Assembly (NCBI RefSeq): GCF_001194135.2
Contig: NC_068981.1
Location: forward strand, 71,966,137 to 72,030,136
Direction: 5' to 3'
DNA length: 64,000 nucleotides
Source of the DNA: Octopus bimaculoides
Lineage: Eukaryota
Part shown: positions 51,121 to 63,005 of the stretch, piece by piece
Numbering within the stretch: position 1 is the stretch's first letter
How the letters are laid out: every line of letters begins with the position of its first letter
Translations under genes and position numbers: made by a program
The notes under the pieces: generated by a model
What the model saw: the letters and a program-made list of their open reading frames with translations, nothing else
What the model was told of the DNA's origin: nothing
The model's database searches: none

Positions 51121-51533
51121 TATTAATTATCAAATTTAACAATTTAAGTAATGTTAAACTATCACAATACTGTCTTAGCTGAGGAAATTCAGTAAAATTC
51201 TCATGCACTAAAGCAGTAGTTTAGTTAGTTTAATCTCATCATTAAAAACATATTTCCTTCCATTAGGGGCTAGATACCCATTTGTAATACATACCACATG
51301 TTTCATAGATTAAGAAATTAGGGCAAGTAATGATCTCCTTCAAAGAAGATTCAATATAGCAGGGATTCTCAAACCGGGTACAGACACCCCTAAGGGTGCA
51401 CACAAGAAATTTCTGGGAGGATGTGAGGCTTGTAAAACCATTGGAATTTTAAAGTTACTATAACCAACTAAACTCAGCTTGTATGACTAGAAAGTCTGTA
51501 AAGTGCCGTTTACTGCTTCCATACTCTTATTGT

Positions 51534-51922
51534 GTGTGTGGAGGTGCAATGGCCCAGTGGTTAGGGCAGCGGACTCGCGGTCATAGGATCGTGGTTTCGA
51601 TTCCCAGGCCGGGCGTTGTGAATGTTTATTGAGTGAAAACACCTAAAGCTCCACGAGGCTCCGGCAGGGGATGGTGGCGAACCCTGCTGTACTCTTCCAC
51701 CACAACTTTCTCTCACTCTTACTTCCTGTTTCTGTTGTGCCTGTAATTCAAAAGGTCAGCCTTGTCACACTGTGTCACGCTGAATATCCCCGAGAACTAC
51801 ATTAAGGGTACACGTGTCTGTGGAATGCTCAGCCACTTGCACGTTAATTTCCCGAGCAGGCTGTTCCGTTGATCAGATCAACTGGAACCCTCGACACCGT
51901 AAGCGATGGAGTGCCAACAACA
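51534..51922 (+). mobile_element. full-length young OR-like tRNA SINE
   Basis: A box TGGCCCAGTGG, B box GGTTTCGATTCC, (CAA)n tail, 11-bp TSD ACTCTTATTGT at 51523-51533 and 51923-51933. Inserted in a hAT-like remnant starting CAGGGATTCTCAAAC at about 51360. Confidence 0.9.
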
Positions 51923-52925
51923 ACTCTTATTGTAGTGAACAAGGGTTTTCAGCAATGTTTATAAGCAAAAACGAATTTTGTACAAGACTGTCAATAGTGA
52001 ATATGTAGGTGAGCCATTCTGAATTTTTTACTGAGAAATGAGATACTTGTATGCAAGGGCCAAGTTTCATATAAGGGCTCTTTATTAAAAAATGTAGCAT
52101 TAATTCAAATGAAAATGATTTTTAACATAATCACAATATCAGAAATTTTAGGAGAGGGAACAGTCAATTATGTTGATTTTCATACTTGAGTGTTCTTTTA
52201 TTTCATTGACTACAGAAGCACAAAAGATTTAAAATCTTTAAATTAAATTAAATTAAATTAAGTTAAATTAAACCAATAACAAATAATACATATGCTTATT
52301 GTCTGTTCTCTGGGTCCTAACCATTTTACACATGGCACATGCCATTACTGTTGAACAAGAAGAAAGGGTACACCAGAAGAAAAATTTTGAGAATTCTTGC
52401 CATGTAGTATTTACAACATGTTTCAATGCTTTACTTGATTAATCATTTTCTTTCAAATCAGAAATGTTAATTTTATACAAATATTCAGATTACTACATAT
52501 ACAAATTTATTAATATTCAAAGTATCAGTTTGCTTCTCATGTCATCCTTACATTGATATTCTTATTATTTCTTGATATATTTTCTGCATTTGAATAACTT
52601 GTAACTGCTAAAGCAATTCTCTCTAAGATTACTAGTTGACGACCTAATTATTACTCGTTAACCTAGTTACCACTTGACTTTCTAGTTATAATTGGCAATC
52701 TACTACTGACATTTCAATATTTTCCAGGGTGCTCTTATGACACTTCAGGTTCAAAAATTGTAATTTGCTGATGTACATTAACAAAATTCCATTCAAAGCA
52801 TGATTTATAATTTGAATGTAAGGAAAACTTTTGAAAGACAAATTTAGTTCAAATATACATAAATTTTACAGCGTCTTATAAAGTTAGATTTATACGTTCA
52901 AAAATTGCAGATTAATTTGTCAGTG

Positions 52926-52998
52926 GGCAGTTTATCTTAATGGTAAAGCACTATGACTGGTAATCACAGGGATGTGAGTTCAAGTCTCATGGCTGGCT
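52926..52998 (+). tRNA. tRNA-Thr(GGT)-like sequence, probably a pseudogene or SINE head
   Basis: Cloverleaf by eye: acceptor GGCAGTT/GGCTGGC (6/7), D arm TCTT/AAGC, anticodon arm TATGA-CTGGTAA-TCACA, T arm GTGAG-TTCAAGT-CTCAT. T5 run at 53008. Confidence 0.5.
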
Positions 52999-53162
52999 GC
53001 AGGCAAATTTTTCTGCAATAATATGGATACTTTATCCTGTTCCTGCTTTTCTGTTAGCATTATTCTGTGTTTGAGAATTAATTATTTTTGTATCTTTCAA
53101 TGCATAAATATAGTATTAAATTGGTTATCAATTCTAGAGAGAAAGACTATTTGAATGTATGA

Positions 53163-53202
<40 letters not shown>

Positions 53203-54090
53203 CATGGAGTTCAAAGTTATAATTCAGCAAGCAGGTAAAAAGAAACAAAGATATAAACTTAAAATATCATTATCCTGCTTAGAAAGAGATGAAAAAGATT
53301 ATTATTTGGTCATTTTCTTCTAAGTATATATGAAGTGCAAGTATATGCATGTGTGTGCATTAATGCAAGTATATTTATGTACACGTGTATATATATAAGT
53401 GCAAATATATTTATATATGTTTGTATGTTTTCGTTTGATTCATTCATTTTTACATCCATTTTTCCAAGCTGGAATGGGTTAAATATGTCCAATGTGTTTA
53501 CGTGTTGTTGAAGCATTGTTTTACAACCAGTTGTCCTTTTCTGCTACTAAGCTTTTTACCTGATTTTTGAGCTGTTTTTTTCATTCCACATGTCCTCAAA
53601 AGTACAGAGCTTACCAGAGAATTTGTTGACAAAAAAATGACAATGAAGAACACTGACAGTAGCTCATATAATTATGGAATATAAGTGTGTGTGTGCATGT
53701 GTGTGTGTGTGTGAGGAATATTTGTCAGTCCCAAAACATGTAGGAATAGAAACTGCTAAGTTCCATCAACCAGAATTCTCTTAGAGATTGATGATGTTGG
53801 CACATGACTCACCAACTATATCTCTGGTAGATATCACTGTATCAACATGAACACAATTCATTCAATTATGGATGATGTCAGTGAAACACTGACCACTTGG
53901 ATCTCTGGTAAAACAGGATGTCATCAGCAAATTGTTTTGTGTTTCTTTTTTCCTTGATAGAAACATTGCTTATAAATAGAACTGTCTCTCTCTGTTAGCA
54001 ACCAGTGACAGAACATGTTTTAAGCGAGTCAATTGCAAAAGTGGTCGTAGCAGTCAAGACCAATGGAATGACAATGTCACCGATACAGCG

Positions 54091-54316
54091 TAACTCTTTC
54101 ATTACCAGCCTGGCTGAAACCGGCTCTGGCTCTGTGGTACAAATGTTTTGTTTTCATAAGTTTTGAATTAAAATCTTCCACCAAACCTAAGTCACAATTT
54201 ATGTTCCTAACACCAGCTTAATGATAACTAAGTTATTTTACTAAATTCTTTGTTACATTTAAAATAATTGAAAGAAACAGAGCATCTCAACAGAAATACT
54301 GTAATGAGAGGGTTAA
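54091..54316. mobile_element. piggyBac-like MITE, second family
   Basis: Ends TAACTCTTTCATTAC / GTAATGAGAGGGTTAA. A diverged homolog lies at about 35290-35410. Confidence 0.65.
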
Positions 54317-54769
54317 ATCATGCCACTACTAAAATCATACAGCAATGGCTACAGTCATTCTTGACTGCAACTGCTCAAACAAACTGTGAATTTTACCTTG
54401 GTATAAACACCTTTCAGTCATTTGGTTGTAATGACCATACATTGTTTTGTTTAATACTAAAGTAGTATTTCAAATTTCTAATAAAACTTATGTTCTTGCA
54501 TTCATTGATATCAATTCAACTCAAACATATTGTTCACTGGTGACAACACAAAATAGAAATATCGTATCATTATCTACATATATTTGTGTGTGAGTGTGTG
54601 TGTGAGTGAGTGTGTGTGTGTGTGTTTGTGCGTGTGTGTGTGTGTGTGTGTGTGAATAACTGTGAGTTGTATGTGTATATACATGCATGTATAGACACAC
54701 ACATATGTAAATAGACTGGATGTTGCTTGTTGAAAGGCTATGTAGGTAACTAGGTAATTAAAACCACAC

Positions 54770-55985
54770 TATATTTTCATGCAAATGCATATGGATGTAT
54801 TGTATCAATAGTGCTTGTAAAATTACAAGTAAATAAAATGTCTAAAGATAAGAAATATGGAGTTACTCAATCTTTCAAAATTTCAAATGGGTGGTGCTAG
54901 AGATTCTTCAGAATACATTCTTTAGCTCTACATCAGAAAATAAAAATTTCTTAGAAGTTTCCATTTGATTTGGCTGATAAAGTTATACAGTTTCATAGCT
55001 TTATAATAAAACTGAGAAAGCAACTGTTTTTCTTGACATGCCGGAGAAGAGAACATTGGGTAAAATAGAAAGTTAAAACTGTTTATGTTGGAACAACAGG
55101 GCATGAAAATGCCTTATACTGCAGTTTTGTGCTGTTTAGATGAAGGAACCAAACTAGACTACTTGAATATTTTCAAAAGAAAGACAATTTCAAAGAGTGG
55201 AAAATTTCCTTTTAGAGTTATTTGCTAGCTACCCTAATGCTTGGATGACAGAGAAAGGCATGAGTTAATAATAACTAAGAGATGTATGGGATAACTACAC
55301 TGGTGTACTTTCAAAGAAACCTTCATTGTTGGTGTGAGACCAGATTAGAGCTTACTTTGATGGGCCTAGAAAACACAAACACATATTGAAAGATATGAAA
55401 ACTAATCAAATTCATGTGATTTGATAAGTATTCTGCCCCTAAATATTCTTTTAGAATAAACCATTTAAAAATGGAGTTTGGAAATTCTAGATAGCATGTA
55501 AGTACTAGTTAGCACATGGAAGTCATCTGACGAAGAGGAAAACTACAGGAGGTAATCTCAAAAACCCTGTCCTTGCTACTGTTGCTATTTGGTTTAAAAG
55601 CAGTTTGGAGTGCTTTACCTGAACATATGGTTTCCGAGATCTTTTAAAGACTGGCATCAGTAATAAATTGGATGGAATGAAGGATAACCTGCTGTGGGAT
55701 TACCAGAAAGAAAATACAGACTTAGACACACTGCAAGTTTAGATGAAGATGATGTAATTATAGAACAGAGCACTTATGAAAAGCTGAATCAAGAAGAATC
55801 ATTGGAATTGTTTGGAGAATTATATTATGAATCATACTTTACTGGATTTTCAATGATTAATTCATCTTATGAGAGAAGACCATTTTTTAAAAACTGTACT
55901 ACAACAAAAGTGACTGGGCAAAGACTCAAATTATGCTAGTTTATTGTTCACATTTATGCATCTTCATGATTGAAAAACATGCAGA
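54770..55985 (+). pseudogene. pogo-family (POGK/Passer-like) DDE transposase remnant
   Basis: FKISNGWC*RFF...LADKVIQFH, FLDMPEKRTL...VGTTGHE...TAVLCCLDEGTKL...IFKRKT...GKFP, NAWMTE, RSFK.TGISNKLDG.KDNLLW. Many frameshifts. Confidence 0.75.
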
Positions 55986-56124
55986 AACAAAGCTTTACTT
56001 AAAAACAGGTGAGTGCTGGAAAAGCATCTGGCCATAGAAAATTTGACTCAACAAACTTTGTCTAACTCATGCAAGGATAGAAACGTTGACCAATATCTAT
56101 TTGATGATTATACATACAAAGATA

Positions 56125-56172
<48 letters not shown>

Positions 56173-56174
56173 CA

Positions 56175-56368
56175 GGTGACACGTAAAAGCACCTACTACA
56201 CTCTCTGAGTGGTTGGCGTTAGGAAGGGCATCCAGCTGTAGAAACTCTGCCAAATTTAGATTGGAGCCTGGTGTTGCCATCCGGTTTCACCAGTCCTCAG
56301 TCAAGTCGTCCAACCCATGCTAGCATGGAAAGCGGACGTTAAACGATGATGATGATGATGATGATATA
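56175..56368 (+). mobile_element. young RTE LINE 3' tail
   Basis: Near-identical to the reverse complements at 38763-38955 and 62130-62330, with (GAT)n tail. Confidence 0.85.
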
Positions 56369-57488
56369 TTCATATATTTCCATGCTAGCATTGGTTAGAC
56401 AGATGCATATTATTGAGGCATTGCTTGATAGGTAGCTGACCTTTTTTTTTGCAAACCCAGCTCTGTTTTTCAAGTAAGAATTTCTTTTCTTGCACATTTG
56501 AGAGCACATATCTAGCAGCCTATTTATGGATGATGAATGACTACAAACTTCACAATTTGTTGCTCAGTGCAGAACTTAGACATTCACAAAGACACACACA
56601 AGCACAAATAAAAGATAGTGTGTGTGTATGTATATAAACATATATACACATGCTCACACATACACATGCACACATGCACACATGCATACACACACATGCA
56701 TGCACGCACGCACACACACACACCAGCTTGCCAGTTCCAGTCTAGCAATCTAACCCAGGGGTTCCCAAACCTTTTCAGGCTGCTTCTCCCTGGCCACATC
56801 CCTAGCACCTCCCATCAAACTCACCACGACAAACATAGACCACTTTCTGCAGCAAATTCAAAACAACTGTATTTCACAAACAAAAGTTAATGTAATTAAC
56901 CCATTATTTTAGGTTATTTTTTTTCACATCTGTTGCCTCATTTTGGTTACCCCATTATCACCCCACTTTTCTTCAATGCCCTCCTGAGTCTTTCTCACCC
57001 NNNNNNNNNNNNNNNNNNNNNNNNNNNNNNNNNNNNNNNNNNNNNNNNNNNNNNNNNNNNNNNNNNNNNNNNNNNNNNNNNNNNNNNNNNNNNNNNNNNN
57101 NNNNNNNNNNNNNNNNNNNNNNNNNNNNNNNNNNNNNNNNNNNNNNNNNNNNNNNNNNNNNNNNNNNNNNNNNNNNNNNNNNNNNNNNNNNNNNNNNNNN
57201 NNNNNNNNNNNNNNNNNNNNNNNNNNNNNNNNNNNNNNNNNNNNNNNNNNNNNNNNNNNNNNNNNNNNNNNNNNNNNNNNNNNNNNNNNNNNNNNNNNNN
57301 NNNNNNNNNNNNNNNNNNNNNNNNNNNNNNNNNNNNNNNNNNNNNNNNNNNNNNNNNNNNNNNNNNNNNNNNNNNNNNNNNNNNNNNNNNNNNNNNNNNN
57401 NNNNNNNNNNNNNNNNNNNNNNNNNNNNNNNNNNNNNNNNNNNNNNNNNNNNNNNNNNNNNNNNNNNNNNNNNNNNNNNATATATAAA

Positions 57489-57519
<31 letters not shown>

Positions 57520-57522
57520 AGC

Positions 57523-57750
57523 TCAATCCTTTATCATTCAAATTGCTCAGTCAAATGTAATGCTTATTTATCTACGCTATATTGAATTAACCTTGCATTA
57601 TCTTATAGCTGCCAGATGTTGATGATGTGATTGTTTATTTTTAGAATGACATTGGAGAATAGGTGCGAAAGATTGGATCTGGCCAGTTTTAACATAAAAC
57701 AGGCAGAATATTTGAGCCAAATATGGCTTGTTTAAATGATAAAGGGTTAA
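57523..57750 (-). mobile_element. piggyBac-like MITE
   Basis: Ends ...GATAAAGGGTTAA, with a body homologous to 2794-2980 and 35062-35287. Confidence 0.7.
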
Positions 57751-58339
57751 AGTACCAAATTTAAACTTAAAGTGACAGAATTTGTTGAAAAAAAAAAAAC
57801 AACAACCATCCCGCAAAAAAAAACAAAACAAAAAAAACAAATACAACAATGGTGCAGTTTGTAGGAAATTTAGCATTGTTAAAAGTAACATTAGACTCTG
57901 GGTAAAGGTCAAAGCCCAACAACAGAAAATGTCAAGCAGTAAACAACTATCTAGAATTGGGAAAACAATTGGCTGAATAGTAGAAGACAAAAGAAAAGAT
58001 GGGTATATATATATTGTAACAACATTGCATGTTCTGCTTGAAGTAAGAAGAAACTAAATCAAGAAAATACCTAGAGTTATTTGGAGAATCAGTTGATGAA
58101 TCATAGTTTGTTGTTTTTTGTGAGTAATAAACTCATTTATGAACAATGAATGACCTTTTTTTAACCTGTGCTGCAGCCTTCACCCAATAGCTTTTAGGCA
58201 AAAAGTTACTGAGCAAAAGCAGGAATCATGCCAATTGTAGTATTTGTGTTTTAGTGTTTTATAAAAAGATGTGTGTGTTTTGTGTATGCGTGTGATGTGT
58301 GTGTGTGTGTGTGTGTGTCTGTGTGTGAATGTATGTCAT

Positions 58340-59583
58340 TCAGTTTTATTTCAAGATTTCTTGCCAATAGAGAAAGAGCTGGTTTCTAACCTAGATCCAA
58401 GGCTCTTTCATTGGAATTTCAACAAGATCAACAGGGTATATTTGTATCCATGTATGTATGTATGTATGTATGTATGTATGTATGTATGTATGTACGTATG
58501 TATGTATGTATGTATGTATGTATATGTACAAAATTTGTATGTTTTGTTTTATATATGTATTCTTATGCATATATTTGCATATCAATACATGCTCATATAT
58601 ACTTAAATGATAAATTTATGGAAAATTTTACAGATTTTTACAGTTCTAGTGATGGATTCGATCTGTAGTCTTCAAATCAGTTGTCTCCTTTCTGATTTTG
58701 AGAACCTAAAATTTCTCAAGATTGGTATTTAAGCAGTGTGTTACATATCCCATTGCCCCAATAATTACAGGTATAAACCTGAACTTGTAATCAGGATAGA
58801 GTAACTGCAGATTTCTCAATAGTTCAGTGTAGGTATTCTCTTTTTCACTGATCTTCAGCTTTATGCTAACATCCTCTGAGTAGTTAATTTCCACAACTAC
58901 ACACAGTTTCTCTTCTCCATCCCAAATCCTTATATCAGGTCTGTTGTGTTTACATTTTATTGAGGTCTATGTATGTATGTATGTATGTATGTATGTATGT
59001 ATGTATACATGCATGTATGTATGTATGTCTCTTCTATTTTTTAATTATTATAAATCTTCCACTGAGGAGGGAGCCGGTTTCCAACAAAGATACAAGACTC
59101 CATCTTTGGGATGTAGTTAACACAGACAAATTCACATTTGGAACTTGAGAAAAGTCTTGCATATTTTTACTGTTCCACTCACAGATTGCACTTGTAATAT
59201 ACAAATTAGCCAGTTGATTTCTCTTTCTGAAAATCCCAGTTTATCCAGATTCTCCTTCAAGCATTTATTAACAAAACCAAGTGCTCCAATTATTATTGGT
59301 ATGAATATGAATTCATAATCTGGATTAGAAACTGGAGGTTTTGAAGCGGTTATCCATAGATAACCTCTTTTTCTTTGATTTTCAAAGAGATATTTATAGC
59401 TGCAGGGCAGCTCACCTCTATGATGGTGCATACCTTCGCCCCTCTGTCCCAAGCAACAATATTCTGGCCTGTTATGTTTATATTTAACAGAAGTCTTGAT
59501 GGGAATATTCCACCAGTATTCCTTGAGTTGGTACTTATGAGTGTATTCTATAACAGAGGAATTTTCTAAGTTTATTTCAGGAC

Positions 59584-59614
<31 letters not shown>

Positions 59615-60115
59615 TGTGTGCAGGTTTGTATGTTTTGTTTTATATATGTATTCTCATGCATATAGTTGCATATCTGGACATGCACATATATATTTAAATG
59701 ATAAACTTATGGTAAGTTTTACAGATTTTTACAGTTCTAGTGACGGATTGGATCTGTAGTCTTTGAATTAGCTTTCTCCTTTCTGGTTTTGAGAAGCCTA
59801 ATTTCTCAAGATTGGTATTTAAGCAGTGTGTTACATGTCCCTTTGCCTCAATAATTACAGGTATAAATCTGAACTTGTAATCTGGATAGAGTAACTGCAG
59901 ATTTCTCAATAGTTCAGCATAGGTATTTTCTTTTTCACTGATCTTTAACTTTATGTTAACATCTGCTGGGTAGCTGATTTCCACCACTATACACAGTTTC
60001 TTTTCCTCATCCTAAATTATTATGTCAGGTCTATTGTGTATACATTTTTTGAAGTTTTCACTAGGACATTCCACCAGTACACCTTTTTATTATGGGTGGC
60101 TATGGCTTCCACCAT
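58340..60115 (-). mobile_element. array of R4/Dong-clade LINE 3' ends separated by (TATG)n (about 58340-58450, 58527-58965, 59028-59583, 59620-60115)
   Basis: ORFs 58706-58894, 59132-59452 and 59694-59987 read KHNRPDI...EISYPAD...EKEN.Y..LLRNLQLLYPDYKFRFIPVIIGA.G. Spacers are (TATG)n. Confidence 0.85.
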
Positions 60116-60179
60116 ACTGTGTGTGTGTGTGTATCCGTGTGCATGTGTGCATATGTATGTATGTGTGTGTGTATGTATG

Positions 60180-60210
<31 letters not shown>

Positions 60211-60489
60211 GTATGTATGTATGTATGTATGTATGTATGCATGTATGTATGTATGTATGTGTGTATAGAATTAACAGATGAGAGCCAGAGAATCTCTATA
60301 TAGAGAACACTTAGTAGCAATCAAAAGCTTTTAACTTACATCGTGAAATTTTTATTGAGGACCAAATCATTGGGGTAAACAGTGGCTATAAGGGGAATCC
60401 GAGTGAACTGATATGGAGACAATGATGCAAATAAACATAAAACTTCTTGGGTTTATATATATATTTTTTTTACTTGTTTCAGTCATTTG

Positions 60490-61270
60490 AGAGAAAAGTT
60501 GGACTTAAGAAGCATCAGATGTGGTGTGCAAGAGAGGTGACTGCACTGGCATGGTCATGTGTTGCATATGGATGAGGACAGCTGTGTGAAAAAGTGTCAC
60601 ACTCTAGTAGTAGAGGGAACCTGTGGAAAAGGTAGACCCAGGAAAACCTGGGATGGGGCAATGACAAGTGACCAAGACCTTTGGAGATATGCTGTACTTG
60701 AGAAAACACAGAAAGCCAAGTGAGACTGTAACTGAGGCTTATGCCACTGCAGCATAACTGGCCCATTTAAGAGTACCCTTCAATCATTGGACAATAAACT
60801 GTGCTTACGAAGACCTGTTGAGTCAAGTGAAGTGATTGTTGTGGCTGATGCCAGTACTGCTTGACTGGCACCTGTGCTGGTGGCACATAAAAAGCACCAT
60901 TTGAGTGTGGTTGATGCCTGTGCCGCCTGACTGGCTCCTGTGCTGGTGGCATGTAAAAAGCACCATTCAAGTGTGGTCATTGCCAGTGCCATCTGACTGG
61001 CTCCCCCGTGCTGGTGGCACATAAAAAGCACCATTCAAGCATGGTCAATGCCAGTATCGCCTGACTAGCCCTCATGTCAGTGGCATGAGAAAAGCACTCA
61101 CTACACTCTCAGAGTGGTTGGCCTTAGGAAGGGCATCAAGCTGTAGAAACCTTGCCAGATCAGATTGGAACCTGGTACAGCCTTCTGGCTTGCTAGTCCT
61201 CAGTCAAACCGTCCAACCCATGCCAGCATGGAAAGCAGACGTTAAACGATGACGACAATGACGACAATGA
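60490..61270 (+). mobile_element. RTE LINE 3' end (RT C-terminus plus UTR with 66-bp array)
   Basis: EKLDLRSIRCGVQER..HWHGHV..MDEDSCVKKCHTLVVEGTCGKGRPRKTWD. Confidence 0.85.
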
Positions 61271-61271
61271 C

Positions 61272-62120
61272 TTACATAGGATATAGAGGTGATGAAATCA
61301 TGAGAGGCTGTTTTTGTATCTTCTTCAGATTGGAAGTTTTCCCTTGCAAAATGTTGTCTAATGCCTGGAAAATGTGATAGTCAGTTGGTGCAAGGTCTGG
61401 TGAATATGGTAAATGACAGAGTACTTGAGTAACTTGAGTAGTGTTCTTTGTGCAACATGTAGTCAAGCATTGTCTTGCAAGAGAATTGGCCTGTCTCTAT
61501 GGACTGATGTTGGTTGTTTAATTGCAAGTTCACTCATCATTTCATCCAATTGGTTGATGTATGCATCTGCTGTAATTGACACCTACCAGGTCTCATGAAT
61601 CTGTAGTGGATGACACCATTGCTAGACCACCAAACAGACATCATTAGCTGTTTTTGGTGAATATTCTTTTTTTGGATTGTGCTTTGGTATGTTGTCTCTA
61701 TCCAACCACCATGCAGAACGCTTGCTTTGTTGAAAAGAATCCATTTTGCATCATACATAACAATTTGATGCAAAAATGAATTGTTTTTATGCTGCTACAG
61801 CAAAGAACCACAAATTTCAAGACAACATGTCATTTGATGCTTGTTCAGTTCATGTGCTACCCACTTGTCCAGCTTCTTTACCTTGCTGATTTGTTTCAGA
61901 TAGGCCAATACAGTTGGAATCAAACCATCAAGCTTTGCTGCCAGCTCACACGTTGTTTGAGATGTATCTGCTTCCTCAACAGTTTCCAACTCATTGTTAT
62001 CCACCTTGGTCTCAAGTCTACCACGGGGCTGATTTTCAAGAGTAAAGTCACCCGACCAGAACATCTCAATGACTGTCAAACTTGGTGCATAAGAAAATCA
62101 GACATTTCATTTTTAATGAC
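61272..62120 (-). mobile_element. mariner transposase remnant
   Basis: PRGRLETKVDN...KWVAHEL, DAKWILF...MSVWWS, HLPYSPDLAPTDYHIF. Confidence 0.9.
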
Positions 62121-62129
62121 CTGATATAT

Positions 62130-63005
62130 CATCATCATCATCATCATAATCATCATCATCATCGTTTAACGTCCGCTTTCCATGCTAGCATAGGTTGGAC
62201 GATTTGACTGAGGACTGGTGAACCAGATGGCTACACCAGGCTCCAATCTGATTTGGCAGAGTTTCTACAGCTGGATGCCCTTCCTAATGCCAACAACCAC
62301 TCCAAGAGTGTAGTGGGTGCTTTTACATGCCACTGGCACGAAGGCCAGTCAGGCGGTACTGGCAACGGCCACGCTCAAAATGGTGTATTTTACGTGCCAC
62401 CTGCACAGGAGCCAGTCCAGCGACACTGGCAACGATCTTGCTCAATGTCTTTACACATGCCACCGGCACAAGTGCCAAGAAGGCGACGCTGGGCACAGGT
62501 GCCATCACGATTTCACTTTCGCTTGCCCCAACAGGTCTTTGCAAGCCGAGTTTCGTGTCCAATGAAGGAGACGATGTTGGCATGGGTGCTAGTTGTTGAA
62601 TTTAGTTCGATTTCAATTTCACTTGCCTCAACAGGTCTTCGCAAGCGGAGTTTAGTATCCAATGAAGGAAGGTACGCATAAGTGGGCTGGCTACACTCCT
62701 TGGATTTAGGTCTCACTTGGTTTGCTGGGTCTTCTAATGCACAGCATATTTCCGAAGGTCTCGGTCAGAAGTCATCGCCTTGGTGTGGCCCAATGTTTGA
62801 AGGTCGTGCCTCACCACCTCATCCCAGGTCTTCCTGGGCTTACCTCCTCCACAGGTTCCCTCAACTGCTAGGGTGTGGCACTTTTTCACACAACTATCCT
62901 CATCCATTCTCGCCACATGACCATACCAGCGCAATTGTATCTCTTGCACACCACAACTGATGCTTCTTAAGTTCAACTTTTCTCTCAAGGTACTTACATT
63001 CTGTC
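62130..63005 (-). mobile_element. RTE LINE 3' end
   Basis: LRWYGHVARMDEDSCVKKCHTLAVEGTCGGGKPRKTWDEVVRHDL, followed by UTR and a (GAT)n tail. The RT frame continues to the gap at 63129. Confidence 0.9.

Noticed and set aside
56270-56310. CTGAGGA-CTGGT-GAAAC on the antisense strand of RTE tails (also at 62205-62225)
   Set aside because: The spacer cannot form stem II, and there is no NUH with stem I.
60860-61100. Regular repeats (also 30111-30210 and 34418-34516) as CRISPR-like arrays
   Set aside because: They are tandem units without unique spacers, inside eukaryotic mobile elements.
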